Assembly (NCBI GenBank): GCA_002790315.1
Contig: PFUW01000020.1
Span: 1 to 32,389, forward strand
Origin: Candidatus Huberarchaeum crystalense
GTDB taxonomy: Archaea; Huberarchaeota; Huberarchaeia; Huberarchaeales; Huberarchaeaceae
DNA length: 32,389 nucleotides
Direction: 5' to 3'
Below, piece after piece: positions 17,867 through 26,498 of the stretch. Within the stretch, counting starts at the first letter, position 1. Each line of letters starts with the position of its first letter. A program made the position numbers and the translations under genes. The notes beneath the pieces are model-generated. The model saw nothing but the letters and a program-made list of their open reading frames with translations, had not been told where the DNA came from and made no database searches.

Positions 17867-19065
17867 AGTATATAGGGTTGAACTTTTGTTATATTATATG
17901 GCTTGGAGCTTTCTGTTGAAAATGTTAAGTGCGCAGTTCCTTCTGTAAAATCAGCAGGAAGTTGAAAATACAAATAATTTGGTCCTGGGGCAGGGTTTAT
18001 CATAGTTCCTTTTTGAGTTTCACCTGTACGCGTAGTTAGGTCAACAAATATTGGTTCGTGAGGTAGTGTTGCTAATGTTTCATTTACGAAAAATACAATC
18101 CTTAATTGCTTTTCTTTTTTTAATTTTGGAATATTAAAACTAAGCTCCTTTGTCACAAATTTTCCATCCCAATATATTATGCGAATATTGCTTATATTAA
18201 TTTTGAAAGGTGGGATTACATAAAAGAATAGAGTGTTTGAGCTTTCTGGATAAATGTTTGTAAATAGTCTTGTTGAATAAGGTGCTATAGGTACAACATC
18301 ATTATAAAATATACCTTCTCCATTATGCTTTATTTCTAGTTTTGCAGGCTGGTTTGGCTTTACATCTATGACATCAAATTTCAACTTACCTGCTTTAAAT
18401 TTATTGTCGCTTGGTTTATATGATTTTGTCACAATGTTTTGAGTATAGTCATGGGAAAAAAGTTTAATATTTTTCACAGTATATTCAGTTGTTTCCCATA
18501 GGTTTGCGACTGTTGTTATTTCAATTTTATTGTTTAGTTGTATTGCTTTTTTGTCAAATTGAATGACTTGAAGCCCTACAGGAAGTTTGTCGTTGAATAT
18601 TTCTTTGTTGTTTAACTTTATTATGAGTGGTTTGTTTCCTGCGCTTGTTATTGTAAATTGCAGTAGTATTTGCTGAGATGCACCTACAAAATAAGCATCA
18701 TAATCTTGAACTAAAAAACTAAATGCTATTGAATCTGTTCCCCTACCTAAAAACAAATTTTTTTGAGATATATTTTGGGTTTTATTGTTTTCATAAAGTA
18801 TGACATCATAAGCAGAAGGTGAAATTTGCGCTTTTCCTAAATTTTGAGAATATTCTTGGGTTTTGCTAAACATTATTTCTCCTAATGGCATTGATTCATA
18901 GGGTGTGATTATTTTGCGTCCAACATCTCCAGATCCGCCGCCCCAATTTTTTCCCCTGAGGTCTGAAAAGTTAATGCTTGAAATAAGATATAAAAAAATT
19001 ACTACTATTGCTGCTCCTATGATTGCTGCGTTTCTTAATTTAGCTTCTTTTGCTTCGTCACCCAT
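17863..19065 (-). CDS. Hypothetical membrane-anchored, beta-rich extracellular protein
   Basis: 400-aa ORF with a single N-terminal TM followed by beta-strand-rich sequence; overlaps the next start by ATGA. Confidence 0.7.
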   Translation of the reverse strand: MGDEAKEAKLRNAAIIGAAIVVIFLYLISSINFSDLRGKNWGGGSGDVGRKIITPYESMPLGEIMFSKTQEYSQNLGKAQISPSAYDVILYENNKTQNISQKNLFLGRGTDSIAFSFLVQDYDAYFVGASQQILLQFTITSAGNKPLIIKLNNKEIFNDKLPVGLQVIQFDKKAIQLNNKIEITTVANLWETTEYTVKNIKLFSHDYTQNIVTKSYKPSDNKFKAGKLKFDVIDVKPNQPAKLEIKHNGEGIFYNDVVPIAPYSTRLFTNIYPESSNTLFFYVIPPFKINISNIRIIYWDGKFVTKELSFNIPKLKKEKQLRIVFFVNETLATLPHEPIFVDLTTRTGETQKGTMINPAPGPNYLYFQLPADFTEGTAHLTFSTESSKPYNITKVQPYIL

Positions 19066-19156
19066 ATGTTTTTATATGTTTTGTTTTTATTAAGTAATTT
19101 GTCCTGAAATCAACGAGCATTTGTTAGCTGTGCTTAATAATAGTGATGCGCGTCAC

Positions 19157-20134
19157 CTATCTCCCAAATTCCAAAAAATACTTTTTTGGTTTGGACTCTT
19201 GTTTTATTATGCTCTTCCATTTTAGATCAATATCTGAAACCCTCTTAATTTTTCCTTTATGCAAACAAAGAGGATCTACTACTCGCGACTTGCAAAATAC
19301 AATTACATCATAACTTTTTGGATTGTTTCTGAAACTACCTTTATTATTCATTTTATCAAATAACAGACTTAATTTTGAATCTGTTTTTATGTGTGGTTTT
19401 ATCTTCTCTAAAACAATTTTATCGGTGGTATATAAATCAGTTTTAGAAATATAGTTTTTTGAAAGTGCGTGCCAAAGAAAATCTCCAACATTCCTAGATA
19501 TAACTGTTAAAGATAAACTAGACCAAAATTTAGTATTTAAATTTAAAAATAATTTTGCGTATTTTTCAGCACTTTCAAAATCTTTAAAAACCCATTGCTT
19601 ATTTTCTGCTAAAAGATTATTAATAAAATATTTTCCATTTTTAATTTTCTTATGAAAAATAGCTGTTCTCAAACCATAATCTATTCTATCTGCGCACAAA
19701 TCTAGCAAATCTTTTTCTTTTAATGGAAAATTTTTGTTGTCCAAAATATAATCTAAATTTAAATTATATTTTTTCAGTATTTCGGGGATTTCTGACTTTC
19801 TCACAAACTCATCGAAAATTTTATCATGGCAATTCTGCTCTTTTTCTGAGTCAGCATCTGAAATATAGTCAGTACAATGAGAAAAAACTGTGTGAGAAAC
19901 ATCGTGAATAAGTCCTGCGATTTGTTCTTCAATTGGCGCGCCATATGTTTTTAAGAGCAAATAAACACCAATTGAATGCTCAAAGCGGGAAAATGTAGTT
20001 TTAAGAGAATGAGATTTAAAATATTCGCCCTGAGCTATATCTTTTAATCGTTGAAGGGTTTTGGAATTTATTAATTCTAAAATAACAGGTTCATTAATTT
20101 CAAAATTTCCATAAACTCTATCAATACCTTTTAT
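19157..20134 (-). CDS. HD-superfamily phosphohydrolase (dNTP triphosphohydrolase/COG1078-like); start codon ATA
   Basis: Frame is open 58 codons upstream of the called TTG: IKGIDRVYG...LQRLKDIAQ...SRFEHSIGV, then LIHDVSHTVFSH and LCADRIDYGLR. Confidence 0.85.
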   Translation of the reverse strand: MKGIDRVYGNFEINEPVILELINSKTLQRLKDIAQGEYFKSHSLKTTFSRFEHSIGVYLLLKTYGAPIEEQIAGLIHDVSHTVFSHCTDYISDADSEKEQNCHDKIFDEFVRKSEIPEILKKYNLNLDYILDNKNFPLKEKDLLDLCADRIDYGLRTAIFHKKIKNGKYFINNLLAENKQWVFKDFESAEKYAKLFLNLNTKFWSSLSLTVISRNVGDFLWHALSKNYISKTDLYTTDKIVLEKIKPHIKTDSKLSLLFDKMNNKGSFRNNPKSYDVIVFCKSRVVDPLCLHKGKIKRVSDIDLKWKSIIKQESKPKKYFLEFGR

Positions 20135-20141
20135 ATTATTT

Positions 20142-21875
20142 TTATTTTTCTATAAAACACTTATTGTTTTTTTGCTCAATATCTTTTTGTGAATTTGGCT
20201 CATTGACGCGAAGGCGATTGGTTTCAACATCGCGCCTAAGTGTAATGTTTAGTTTGCTGAGAAGTTTGTTTATGAGTGCGTATTTTTCTCCTTTTGTTGC
20301 AGTCGCACTTTCTGGCGCGCACATTATTTCTTTTTTTTCAAACAACATCAACGAGTCAGAAATATATTCTAAAAATGAAAGATCATGATCTACCACTAAT
20401 GCTGCTTTTTTGTAAATTCTCAGGAAAACTTTCAAAAATTTTGCAAGATTTAGCCGTTGCTTTACATCAAGATATGCTGTTGGTTCATCTAAAAGATAAA
20501 TATCTGCCTCTTTAAAAAGGCAAGCAGCAATCCACACTCGCTGCAATTCTCCTCCTGAAAGTGAATTTAAGGGCCTGTTTAGAAGATGAAATATATTTAA
20601 GTTGGCGACAATCAAATTGAATTTTTCTGATTTTTTTTCTATATTTTTTGGATTTATAAAATCTGCAACAAGGGTTGTTTTATTGGCGCTAATTTCTTGC
20701 GGTTTATATGAGATTGTAATTGATGTTTCAATGTTTTTTTGATCGCTTTTCTCAATACCATACAAAATTTTCAAAAAGGTGCTTTTGCCTGTTGCGTTTC
20801 TTCCCAAAATACCAACAATTTCCTCTTGAAAAATTGTTCCTTGTTCTGAAGTTAGGCAAAAGTTTTTGTAGGTCTTTGTGAAACTTGGAAATAAGAGCAA
20901 TTTATTTGTAAAATTAATAGTTTTTTTAGTTCCTGGTTGTGTAAGAGTGATTGGATCACTCATTTTAACATTTTCATCGCGCAAAAATCCGCGAAGAAAG
21001 TCATTAATTCCACTGCGACTATTTCTTATATTTGAAACAATTCCAAATGCTCCGGGTTTTCCGTATAAAATATTGATATAATCTGCAACAATATCTAAGA
21101 CCAACAAATCGTGCTCTACAACAGCACAATATTTATTTTGAGAATATTTTCTAATCGCTTTTGTTATATTTATTCGTTGGTAGATGTCTAAGAATGTTGA
21201 TGGTTCATCAAAAACCAACAAACCAGAGTTTTTTTCTAGTGTTATGGCGATTGCTGCGCGCTGTAATTCACCCTGCGAAAGTTCTGAAAGATCTTTTTCT
21301 AAAATGTTGCTTAATTCTAAATCATTAATTATTTCTTTATTTTTAATAATATCTTTGACTTTTTTTGATGGTAGAACCTTTGGTAGAATTTGTGGTTTAT
21401 AACTAATTTCTATTTTGTTATCATAGAGAGATTTAAAAAAATCAAAATTTTGCGTGCGGCGGAAAAAATCAACAACATCTTGCTCAGACGCATTCTTGTT
21501 GAAATTAGGAATTATTTGTTTGCTTAATATGTTCAATATTGTCGACTTGCCTGTTCCGTTTTCTCCAAGCAAACCTACAATTTTGCCTTTTGGAAGAGTA
21601 ATGAATTTAAACAACCTAAACATATTTTGTCCATATTGGTGAAATGGATTGCTTAGCTCTTCAGGAAGATTAATTATTTCTATTGCTCCAAAAGGGCATT
21701 TTTTTGTGCAAATTCCGCAACCTACACAAGTAAATTCATCGATTTTTGGGTATTTTTCACTTTTAACAAATTCTATTGTCTTTTGTCCCATTAAAACACG
21801 CGGACAAAATCGCGTACATTCATGGCTGCATTTTTCAGGAAAACAGTGGTCTATATGAAGGATTGCAATTCGCAT
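20142..21875 (-). CDS. rli: Ribosome recycling ATPase ABCE1/RLI
   Basis: N-terminal FeS cysteines (CVGCGICTKKCPFGAI), two ABC domains (GENGTGKS, GRNATGKS, LSGGELQR, LLDEP). Confidence 0.95.
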   Translation of the reverse strand: MRIAILHIDHCFPEKCSHECTRFCPRVLMGQKTIEFVKSEKYPKIDEFTCVGCGICTKKCPFGAIEIINLPEELSNPFHQYGQNMFRLFKFITLPKGKIVGLLGENGTGKSTILNILSKQIIPNFNKNASEQDVVDFFRRTQNFDFFKSLYDNKIEISYKPQILPKVLPSKKVKDIIKNKEIINDLELSNILEKDLSELSQGELQRAAIAITLEKNSGLLVFDEPSTFLDIYQRINITKAIRKYSQNKYCAVVEHDLLVLDIVADYINILYGKPGAFGIVSNIRNSRSGINDFLRGFLRDENVKMSDPITLTQPGTKKTINFTNKLLLFPSFTKTYKNFCLTSEQGTIFQEEIVGILGRNATGKSTFLKILYGIEKSDQKNIETSITISYKPQEISANKTTLVADFINPKNIEKKSEKFNLIVANLNIFHLLNRPLNSLSGGELQRVWIAACLFKEADIYLLDEPTAYLDVKQRLNLAKFLKVFLRIYKKAALVVDHDLSFLEYISDSLMLFEKKEIMCAPESATATKGEKYALINKLLSKLNITLRRDVETNRLRVNEPNSQKDIEQKNNKCFIEK

Positions 21876-22001
21876 AAGATTTTTAATTTTTTGGTTTGTG
21901 TGTTAATAAAAAGATTATTCAGGAAAACAGTGGTCTATATGAAGGATTGCAATTCGCATAAGATTTTTAATTTTTTGGTTTGTGTGTTAATAAAAAGATT
22001 A
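21834..22001. repeat. 84-bp perfect tandem duplication covering the rli start and upstream region
   Basis: Identical units at 21834-21917 and 21918-22001. Confidence 0.92.
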
Positions 22002-22047
22002 TGGGCATCATTAAAAAAAGCAAGAGTTTGCGAACAGAGGGTTTGTT

Positions 22048-22467
22048 ATGGCTTTGATTCGTAAATTATTGAGGCAAAAAAAAGCGCAAAAATTGCAGAA
22101 AAAGCGATATGTACACAAATTAATTAAAAGAACAAAGAAAGGTATTGATCCTCTTGATGGCTCACCTCAGGCGCGCGCACTTGTTTTAGAAAAGCGAACA
22201 GTTGAGCAAAAGCAGCCCCACTCAGGTCTTATTCGCGTTGTTAGGACTCAGCTAATTAAAAGTGGTCGTCAAGTTACAGCATTTTTGCCGAGAGAAGGAG
22301 CTGAAAAACATATTGCAGAGCATGATATTGTAACAATTGAGAGTGTTCATGGCGCGCAAGGTGGAGCAAAGGGTGCTATTCCTGGGGTTAAGTATTTGGT
22401 TATAAAAGTTAATGGTGTTTCCCTTGAGCAAATTCGCCGCGGGAAAAAGCAAAAACCAATAAAGTAA
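22048..22467 (+). CDS. rps12: 30S ribosomal protein uS12
   Basis: DPLDGSPQARALVLEK, KQPHSG, VTAFLP, IPGVKY, KVNGVSL. Confidence 0.95.
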   Translation: MALIRKLLRQKKAQKLQKKRYVHKLIKRTKKGIDPLDGSPQARALVLEKRTVEQKQPHSGLIRVVRTQLIKSGRQVTAFLPREGAEKHIAEHDIVTIESVHGAQGGAKGAIPGVKYLVIKVNGVSLEQIRRGKKQKPIK

Positions 22468-22468
22468 T

Positions 22469-22522
22469 TGTGTTTATTGTATTCATTTATTAAAGAAATG
22501 TGTTTATTGTATTCATTTATTA
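22469..22522. repeat. 24-bp direct repeat x2 (6-bp spacer) just after the rps12 stop
   Basis: TGTGTTTATTGTATTCATTTATTA at 22469-22492 and 22499-22522. Confidence 0.9.
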
Positions 22523-22575
22523 GAAATTAGAGAAATAAAAAAGGGTGCTGTTATCTAAAAATAAACAAATAAATT

Positions 22576-23931
22576 ATGTTAGACATAAACCTATTCCGCG
22601 AATATCCTGAAATAATAATTGCAAGTGAAAAAAGAAGAAGCAAGGATTTGGGTTTTGTTGAAAAAACAATTGAATATGACAAACAATGGCGCGCAGCCTT
22701 GATTCAAGTCGAAAAATTGCGGCAAGAAGTTAACAAAAATTCTCACGAGCTTGCGACAGCATCTTCTGTTGAAAAAAAACAAAAATCAGAAAAGATGAAA
22801 GAGTTAAAGCAAAAAATCATAGATTTGGAAAAAAATGCTGATGAATATTTAAAATTGCGAGATGAGAACAGATATAGAGTAGCGAATTTGCTTGATGAAA
22901 GAGTGCCTGATGGAAAGTCAGATAAAGAGAATTTGCCTATTTCATTTTATGGAACACCATCTGTTTTCAAAGATGATTTGCCTGGTTTTTTAAAAGCAAC
23001 AAATGGAAAAATGACATATAAACGTATTGAAACGCGTTTGAAAAGCCATTCTGATTTGTTGGTTGATTTAGATATAGCAAATCTGAAAAAATCAGCAGGA
23101 ATAGCAGGTAGCCGCACATATTATTTAAAAAATGAACTTGTTTTCTTAAATATAGCTCTTTTGCAATTTGCATTGGAAAAAATGGTTTCAAAAGGATTTA
23201 CTCCAATGTGGCCTCCTTTTTGGTTGAACGAAAAAGCAATGAAAGCTGTTTCGCATTTTGGAAATTTTCAAGACAGTCTTTACAAATTCACAGACAATGA
23301 CAATGAAAACTTTTATTTTATTCCGTCGAGCGAACAACCAATGATAGCTTATTTTTATAATGAAATTATTAGGAAAAAGGATTTGCCTTTTTTATGCGCA
23401 GGAATTTCAACAAATTTTAGGCGCGAGGCAAGCGCGCACGGCAAAGATGAAGGAGGGATTTTTCGCGTGCATCAGTTTGATAAAATTGAGCAAATTGTGG
23501 TTTGTGCTCCAGAAGACTCTGAAAAATGGCATCAAGAAATACTTAAAAATGGAGAAGAAATTTTAAAAGATCTTGGTTTGGCTTACAGGGTTATAAATTG
23601 CTGTTCTGGAGATATTGGTGATATGAATGTCCTTCAATATGATATTGAAGTTTGGATGCCATCACAAGGAAAATTTCGAGAAACGCACTCAGTGTCAAAT
23701 TTAAAAGACTACCAGGCGCGCAGGGCAGGTATTCGCTACAAAGAGCCAGATGGAACTACTGTTTTTGCTCACACACTTAATGCAACGAGCTTAGCAACCG
23801 AGCGCGTGATTGTTGCAATTTTAGAAAATTTTCAAAGAAAAGAAGGAACAGTTGAAATTCCAAAAGTGCTGCATAAATATTTACCATTTGGAATAACTGA
23901 AATTAAGCTATTAAAGCCATGGAAAGAGTGA
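22576..23931 (+). CDS. serS: Serine--tRNA ligase (standard type)
   Basis: MLDINLFR, N-terminal coiled coil, FRREA, GIFRVHQFDKIEQ, YDIEVWMPSQ, DYQARR, HTLNAT. Confidence 0.96.
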   Translation: MLDINLFREYPEIIIASEKRRSKDLGFVEKTIEYDKQWRAALIQVEKLRQEVNKNSHELATASSVEKKQKSEKMKELKQKIIDLEKNADEYLKLRDENRYRVANLLDERVPDGKSDKENLPISFYGTPSVFKDDLPGFLKATNGKMTYKRIETRLKSHSDLLVDLDIANLKKSAGIAGSRTYYLKNELVFLNIALLQFALEKMVSKGFTPMWPPFWLNEKAMKAVSHFGNFQDSLYKFTDNDNENFYFIPSSEQPMIAYFYNEIIRKKDLPFLCAGISTNFRREASAHGKDEGGIFRVHQFDKIEQIVVCAPEDSEKWHQEILKNGEEILKDLGLAYRVINCCSGDIGDMNVLQYDIEVWMPSQGKFRETHSVSNLKDYQARRAGIRYKEPDGTTVFAHTLNATSLATERVIVAILENFQRKEGTVEIPKVLHKYLPFGITEIKLLKPWKE

Positions 23932-23941
23932 AAACAGATGT

Positions 23942-24040
23942 TTGCTCTAAAATAATCTTTTCAACTTCTTGCTTTGCTTTTTCTAATTCTTCTTTTGCTT
24001 CTTTCTGCAACTGCTCTGCTTTTTGTATTCTCTTTTTTAC
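23942..24040 (-). pseudogene. Startless fragment resembling the C-terminal helix of an R-M specificity subunit (HsdS-like)
   Basis: VKKRIQKAEQLQKEAKEELEKAKQEVEKIILEQ; no start codon before the in-frame stop at 24067-24065. Confidence 0.45.
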
Positions 24041-24282
24041 TTTATAATTACTATTGTCATAATGTTAGATTGGTTTTGATTTAGTTAAACTACGAGCAAG
24101 TTTTTGCATGTTGTTTAATTGTTTGCTTTTTATATTAAAAAAATTTTCAAGCAGTATTNNNNNNNNNNNNCCGCACGCTGGCGTGCGATTTCAAAAATGC
24201 CTTTCAGATTGCGGAAAAATACCCTGCCGAGGCGCTTTGCGCCGAGGCAACATCTTTCAATTTCGCTAAAAGTACAAATTAG

Positions 24283-24356
24283 TGGGGTCGCCAGGATTTG
24301 AACCCAGATCGCCAGCTCCCTAAGCTGGTATGCTAGCCAAGTTACACTACAACCCC
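24283..24356 (-). tRNA. tRNA-Pro (AGG)
   Basis: GGGGTTG/CGACCCC-A acceptor; anticodon arm CCAGC-TTAGGGA-GCTGG with G37; CTGGG-TTCAAAT-CCTGG T-arm. Confidence 0.92.
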
Positions 24357-24392
24357 AAATTTAACTATTTCTTAAAATGTTTTAAAAAAGAT

Positions 24393-26321
24393 ATGATTGA
24401 TAAAATAGATGAAAAAACAAAAGGAACAGATGAATATAATGCTGAGAGCATTAAGATTTTAGAAGATGCAGACGCAGTGCGAAAACGACCAGGAATGTAT
24501 ATTGGCTCAACTGGTGAAACCGGGATGTATCATCTTATTGTTGAAATTATAGATAATGCAATTGACGAGAGTTTGGCAGGATATTGTAGTAGCATTGCTG
24601 TTACGCTTTTTCAAGATGACACAATATGCATAGAAGATGATGGAAGAGGCATTCCTGTTGCAACACATTCCACAGGAAAATCAGCATTAGAACTTGCAGC
24701 AACAAAGTTGCATGCTGGCGGAAAATTTGATCAAAAGAGCTACAAAATTTCAGGCGGGCTTCATGGCGTGGGATTGAGTGTTGTAAATGCTCTCAGCGAT
24801 TTGTTAACTATTGATGTGTTTTGTGATGGATCTCAATGGCAGCAAACATATTCAAAAGGCAAAGCAACAAATGAGGTAAAAAAAATAGAAGCAAGCGAAA
24901 AACACGGAACGCGAGTAACATTTAAACCTGACTTTTCAATTTTTAATGACGAAGGCCAGCCCCTTAAATATAATGGTGAAAAAATTGCTGAAATTTTACA
25001 AGAAAAAGCATATTTAAATAGCTGTGTAAAAATTACTTTTGAAGATAAAAAATCAAACAAAACCCATATATTTGAAAATAAAGGGGGGTTGGTAGAGTAT
25101 TTGAAAGCCATTACAAAAAATAAAACCCTTATTATTGACAAGCCATTTATTATAAACTTCCAGAGTGACAAAATATCGATAAATATTGCATTTACTTACG
25201 CAACAGGATATAGTGACAATATTTTATCCTATGTTAATAACATTAGAACAGGCGAAGGCGGAACACATGTAACTGGTTTTTTGATAGGTCTTGGCCGCGC
25301 GATTTCAAAATATTTTGGGGGCAAGCAAACAAAGGGTTTTGATATAGTTGATCGTGAGGACACAAAACCAGGACTTTCTGCAATCATTTCTGTTAACTTT
25401 GCAGAGCCGCAATTTGAAGGACAAACAAAAGCAAAAATGAATGTGTCTTGGGTTCGAGGAGTAGTAGATAAAGCTACAAGTGACGCAGTTTATATTTTTT
25501 TAGATGGAAACCCAGAACTTTCAAAACAACTTTTTGCGAAATTTAAGCAAACTGCAGAGAGTCGCATTGCTGCTGAAAAGGCAAGGGATTTAGTAAGGCG
25601 AAAAGGTGAGCTAGACATAATTTCAGGACTTCCTGGAAAGTTAGCTGATTGCTCTGGGCGCGACATAGAAAAAACAGAACTTTTTATTGTAGAAGGAGAT
25701 AGTGCTGGGGGTTCAAGTAAGCAGGGCCGCGATAGAAAAACCCAAGCAATATTGCCATTGCGCGGAAAAATTCTAAACATTGAAAAAGCAGGCATAGAAA
25801 AAATGCTTAATAGCGAAGTCATTACCCCCCTTATCGCTGCTCTCGGAACAAATATAGATGATAAGTTTGATATTAGTAAATTACGCTACGGCAAAATTAT
25901 AATGATGGCTGATGCTGATGTTGATGGTTCGCACATTCAAACTTTACTTCTTACTTTATTTTTCCGTCATTTCAAGCCACTGATTGAGCAGAATCGCATT
26001 TATAGTGCTGTTCCTCCATTATATAAAGTTTATAAAGGAAATAAAGAAGAGTATGCATATTCTGACGAAGAACGCAACAGATTATTGCAGATATTTGGGG
26101 GCGACGCAAATGTGCAAAGATATAAAGGTCTTGGAGAAATGAATCCTGATCAACTTGGAGAAACAACTCTAAATCCTGAAACGCGAATATTAAAAAGAAT
26201 TACAATCGAAGATGCAGAAGCAGCAGATAAATTGTTCACTTTGTTGATGGGAAGCGAAGTTGAACCAAGAAGAAAGTTTATTGAGAAGTATGCGCGCGAG
26301 GTTAAGAATATTGATGCTTAG
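24393..26321 (+). CDS. gyrB: DNA gyrase subunit B (type IIA topoisomerase B subunit)
   Basis: AVRKRPGMYIG, EIIDNAIDE, DDGRGIP, SGGLHGVG, EGDSAGG, PLRGK, DADVDGSHI, QRYKGLGEMN. True start 24393; the longer ORF overlaps tRNA-Pro. Confidence 0.93.
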   Translation: MIDKIDEKTKGTDEYNAESIKILEDADAVRKRPGMYIGSTGETGMYHLIVEIIDNAIDESLAGYCSSIAVTLFQDDTICIEDDGRGIPVATHSTGKSALELAATKLHAGGKFDQKSYKISGGLHGVGLSVVNALSDLLTIDVFCDGSQWQQTYSKGKATNEVKKIEASEKHGTRVTFKPDFSIFNDEGQPLKYNGEKIAEILQEKAYLNSCVKITFEDKKSNKTHIFENKGGLVEYLKAITKNKTLIIDKPFIINFQSDKISINIAFTYATGYSDNILSYVNNIRTGEGGTHVTGFLIGLGRAISKYFGGKQTKGFDIVDREDTKPGLSAIISVNFAEPQFEGQTKAKMNVSWVRGVVDKATSDAVYIFLDGNPELSKQLFAKFKQTAESRIAAEKARDLVRRKGELDIISGLPGKLADCSGRDIEKTELFIVEGDSAGGSSKQGRDRKTQAILPLRGKILNIEKAGIEKMLNSEVITPLIAALGTNIDDKFDISKLRYGKIIMMADADVDGSHIQTLLLTLFFRHFKPLIEQNRIYSAVPPLYKVYKGNKEEYAYSDEERNRLLQIFGGDANVQRYKGLGEMNPDQLGETTLNPETRILKRITIEDAEAADKLFTLLMGSEVEPRRKFIEKYAREVKNIDA

Positions 26322-26335
26322 TNNNNNNNNNNNNN

Positions 26336-26425
26336 TCAAATTAAATTAAATCAAACTAAAACAAATAAAAAACAATAGCACTTAATCAAATTAAATTAAA
26401 TCAAACTAAATTAAACTAAAACAAA
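26336..26425. repeat. Low-complexity pentamer repeats (AAATT/AAATC/AAACT) with a duplicated unit, next to N-gap
   Basis: TCAAATTAAATTAAATCAAACTAAA occurs twice. Confidence 0.7.
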
Positions 26426-26498
26426 ATAAAAAATAGTAGCACTGCTTAATCAAAAATTATATGCTCAACTCCACAAACCCTAAACATCTAAAAATAAT

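Noticed and set aside
21822-22064. 80-aa ORF with internal repeat
   Set aside because: By-product of the 84-bp duplication, antisense to the rli start.
24119-24392. ORF 24119..24301 and the 21-aa GyrB extension
   Set aside because: They span an N-gap or overlap tRNA-Pro.
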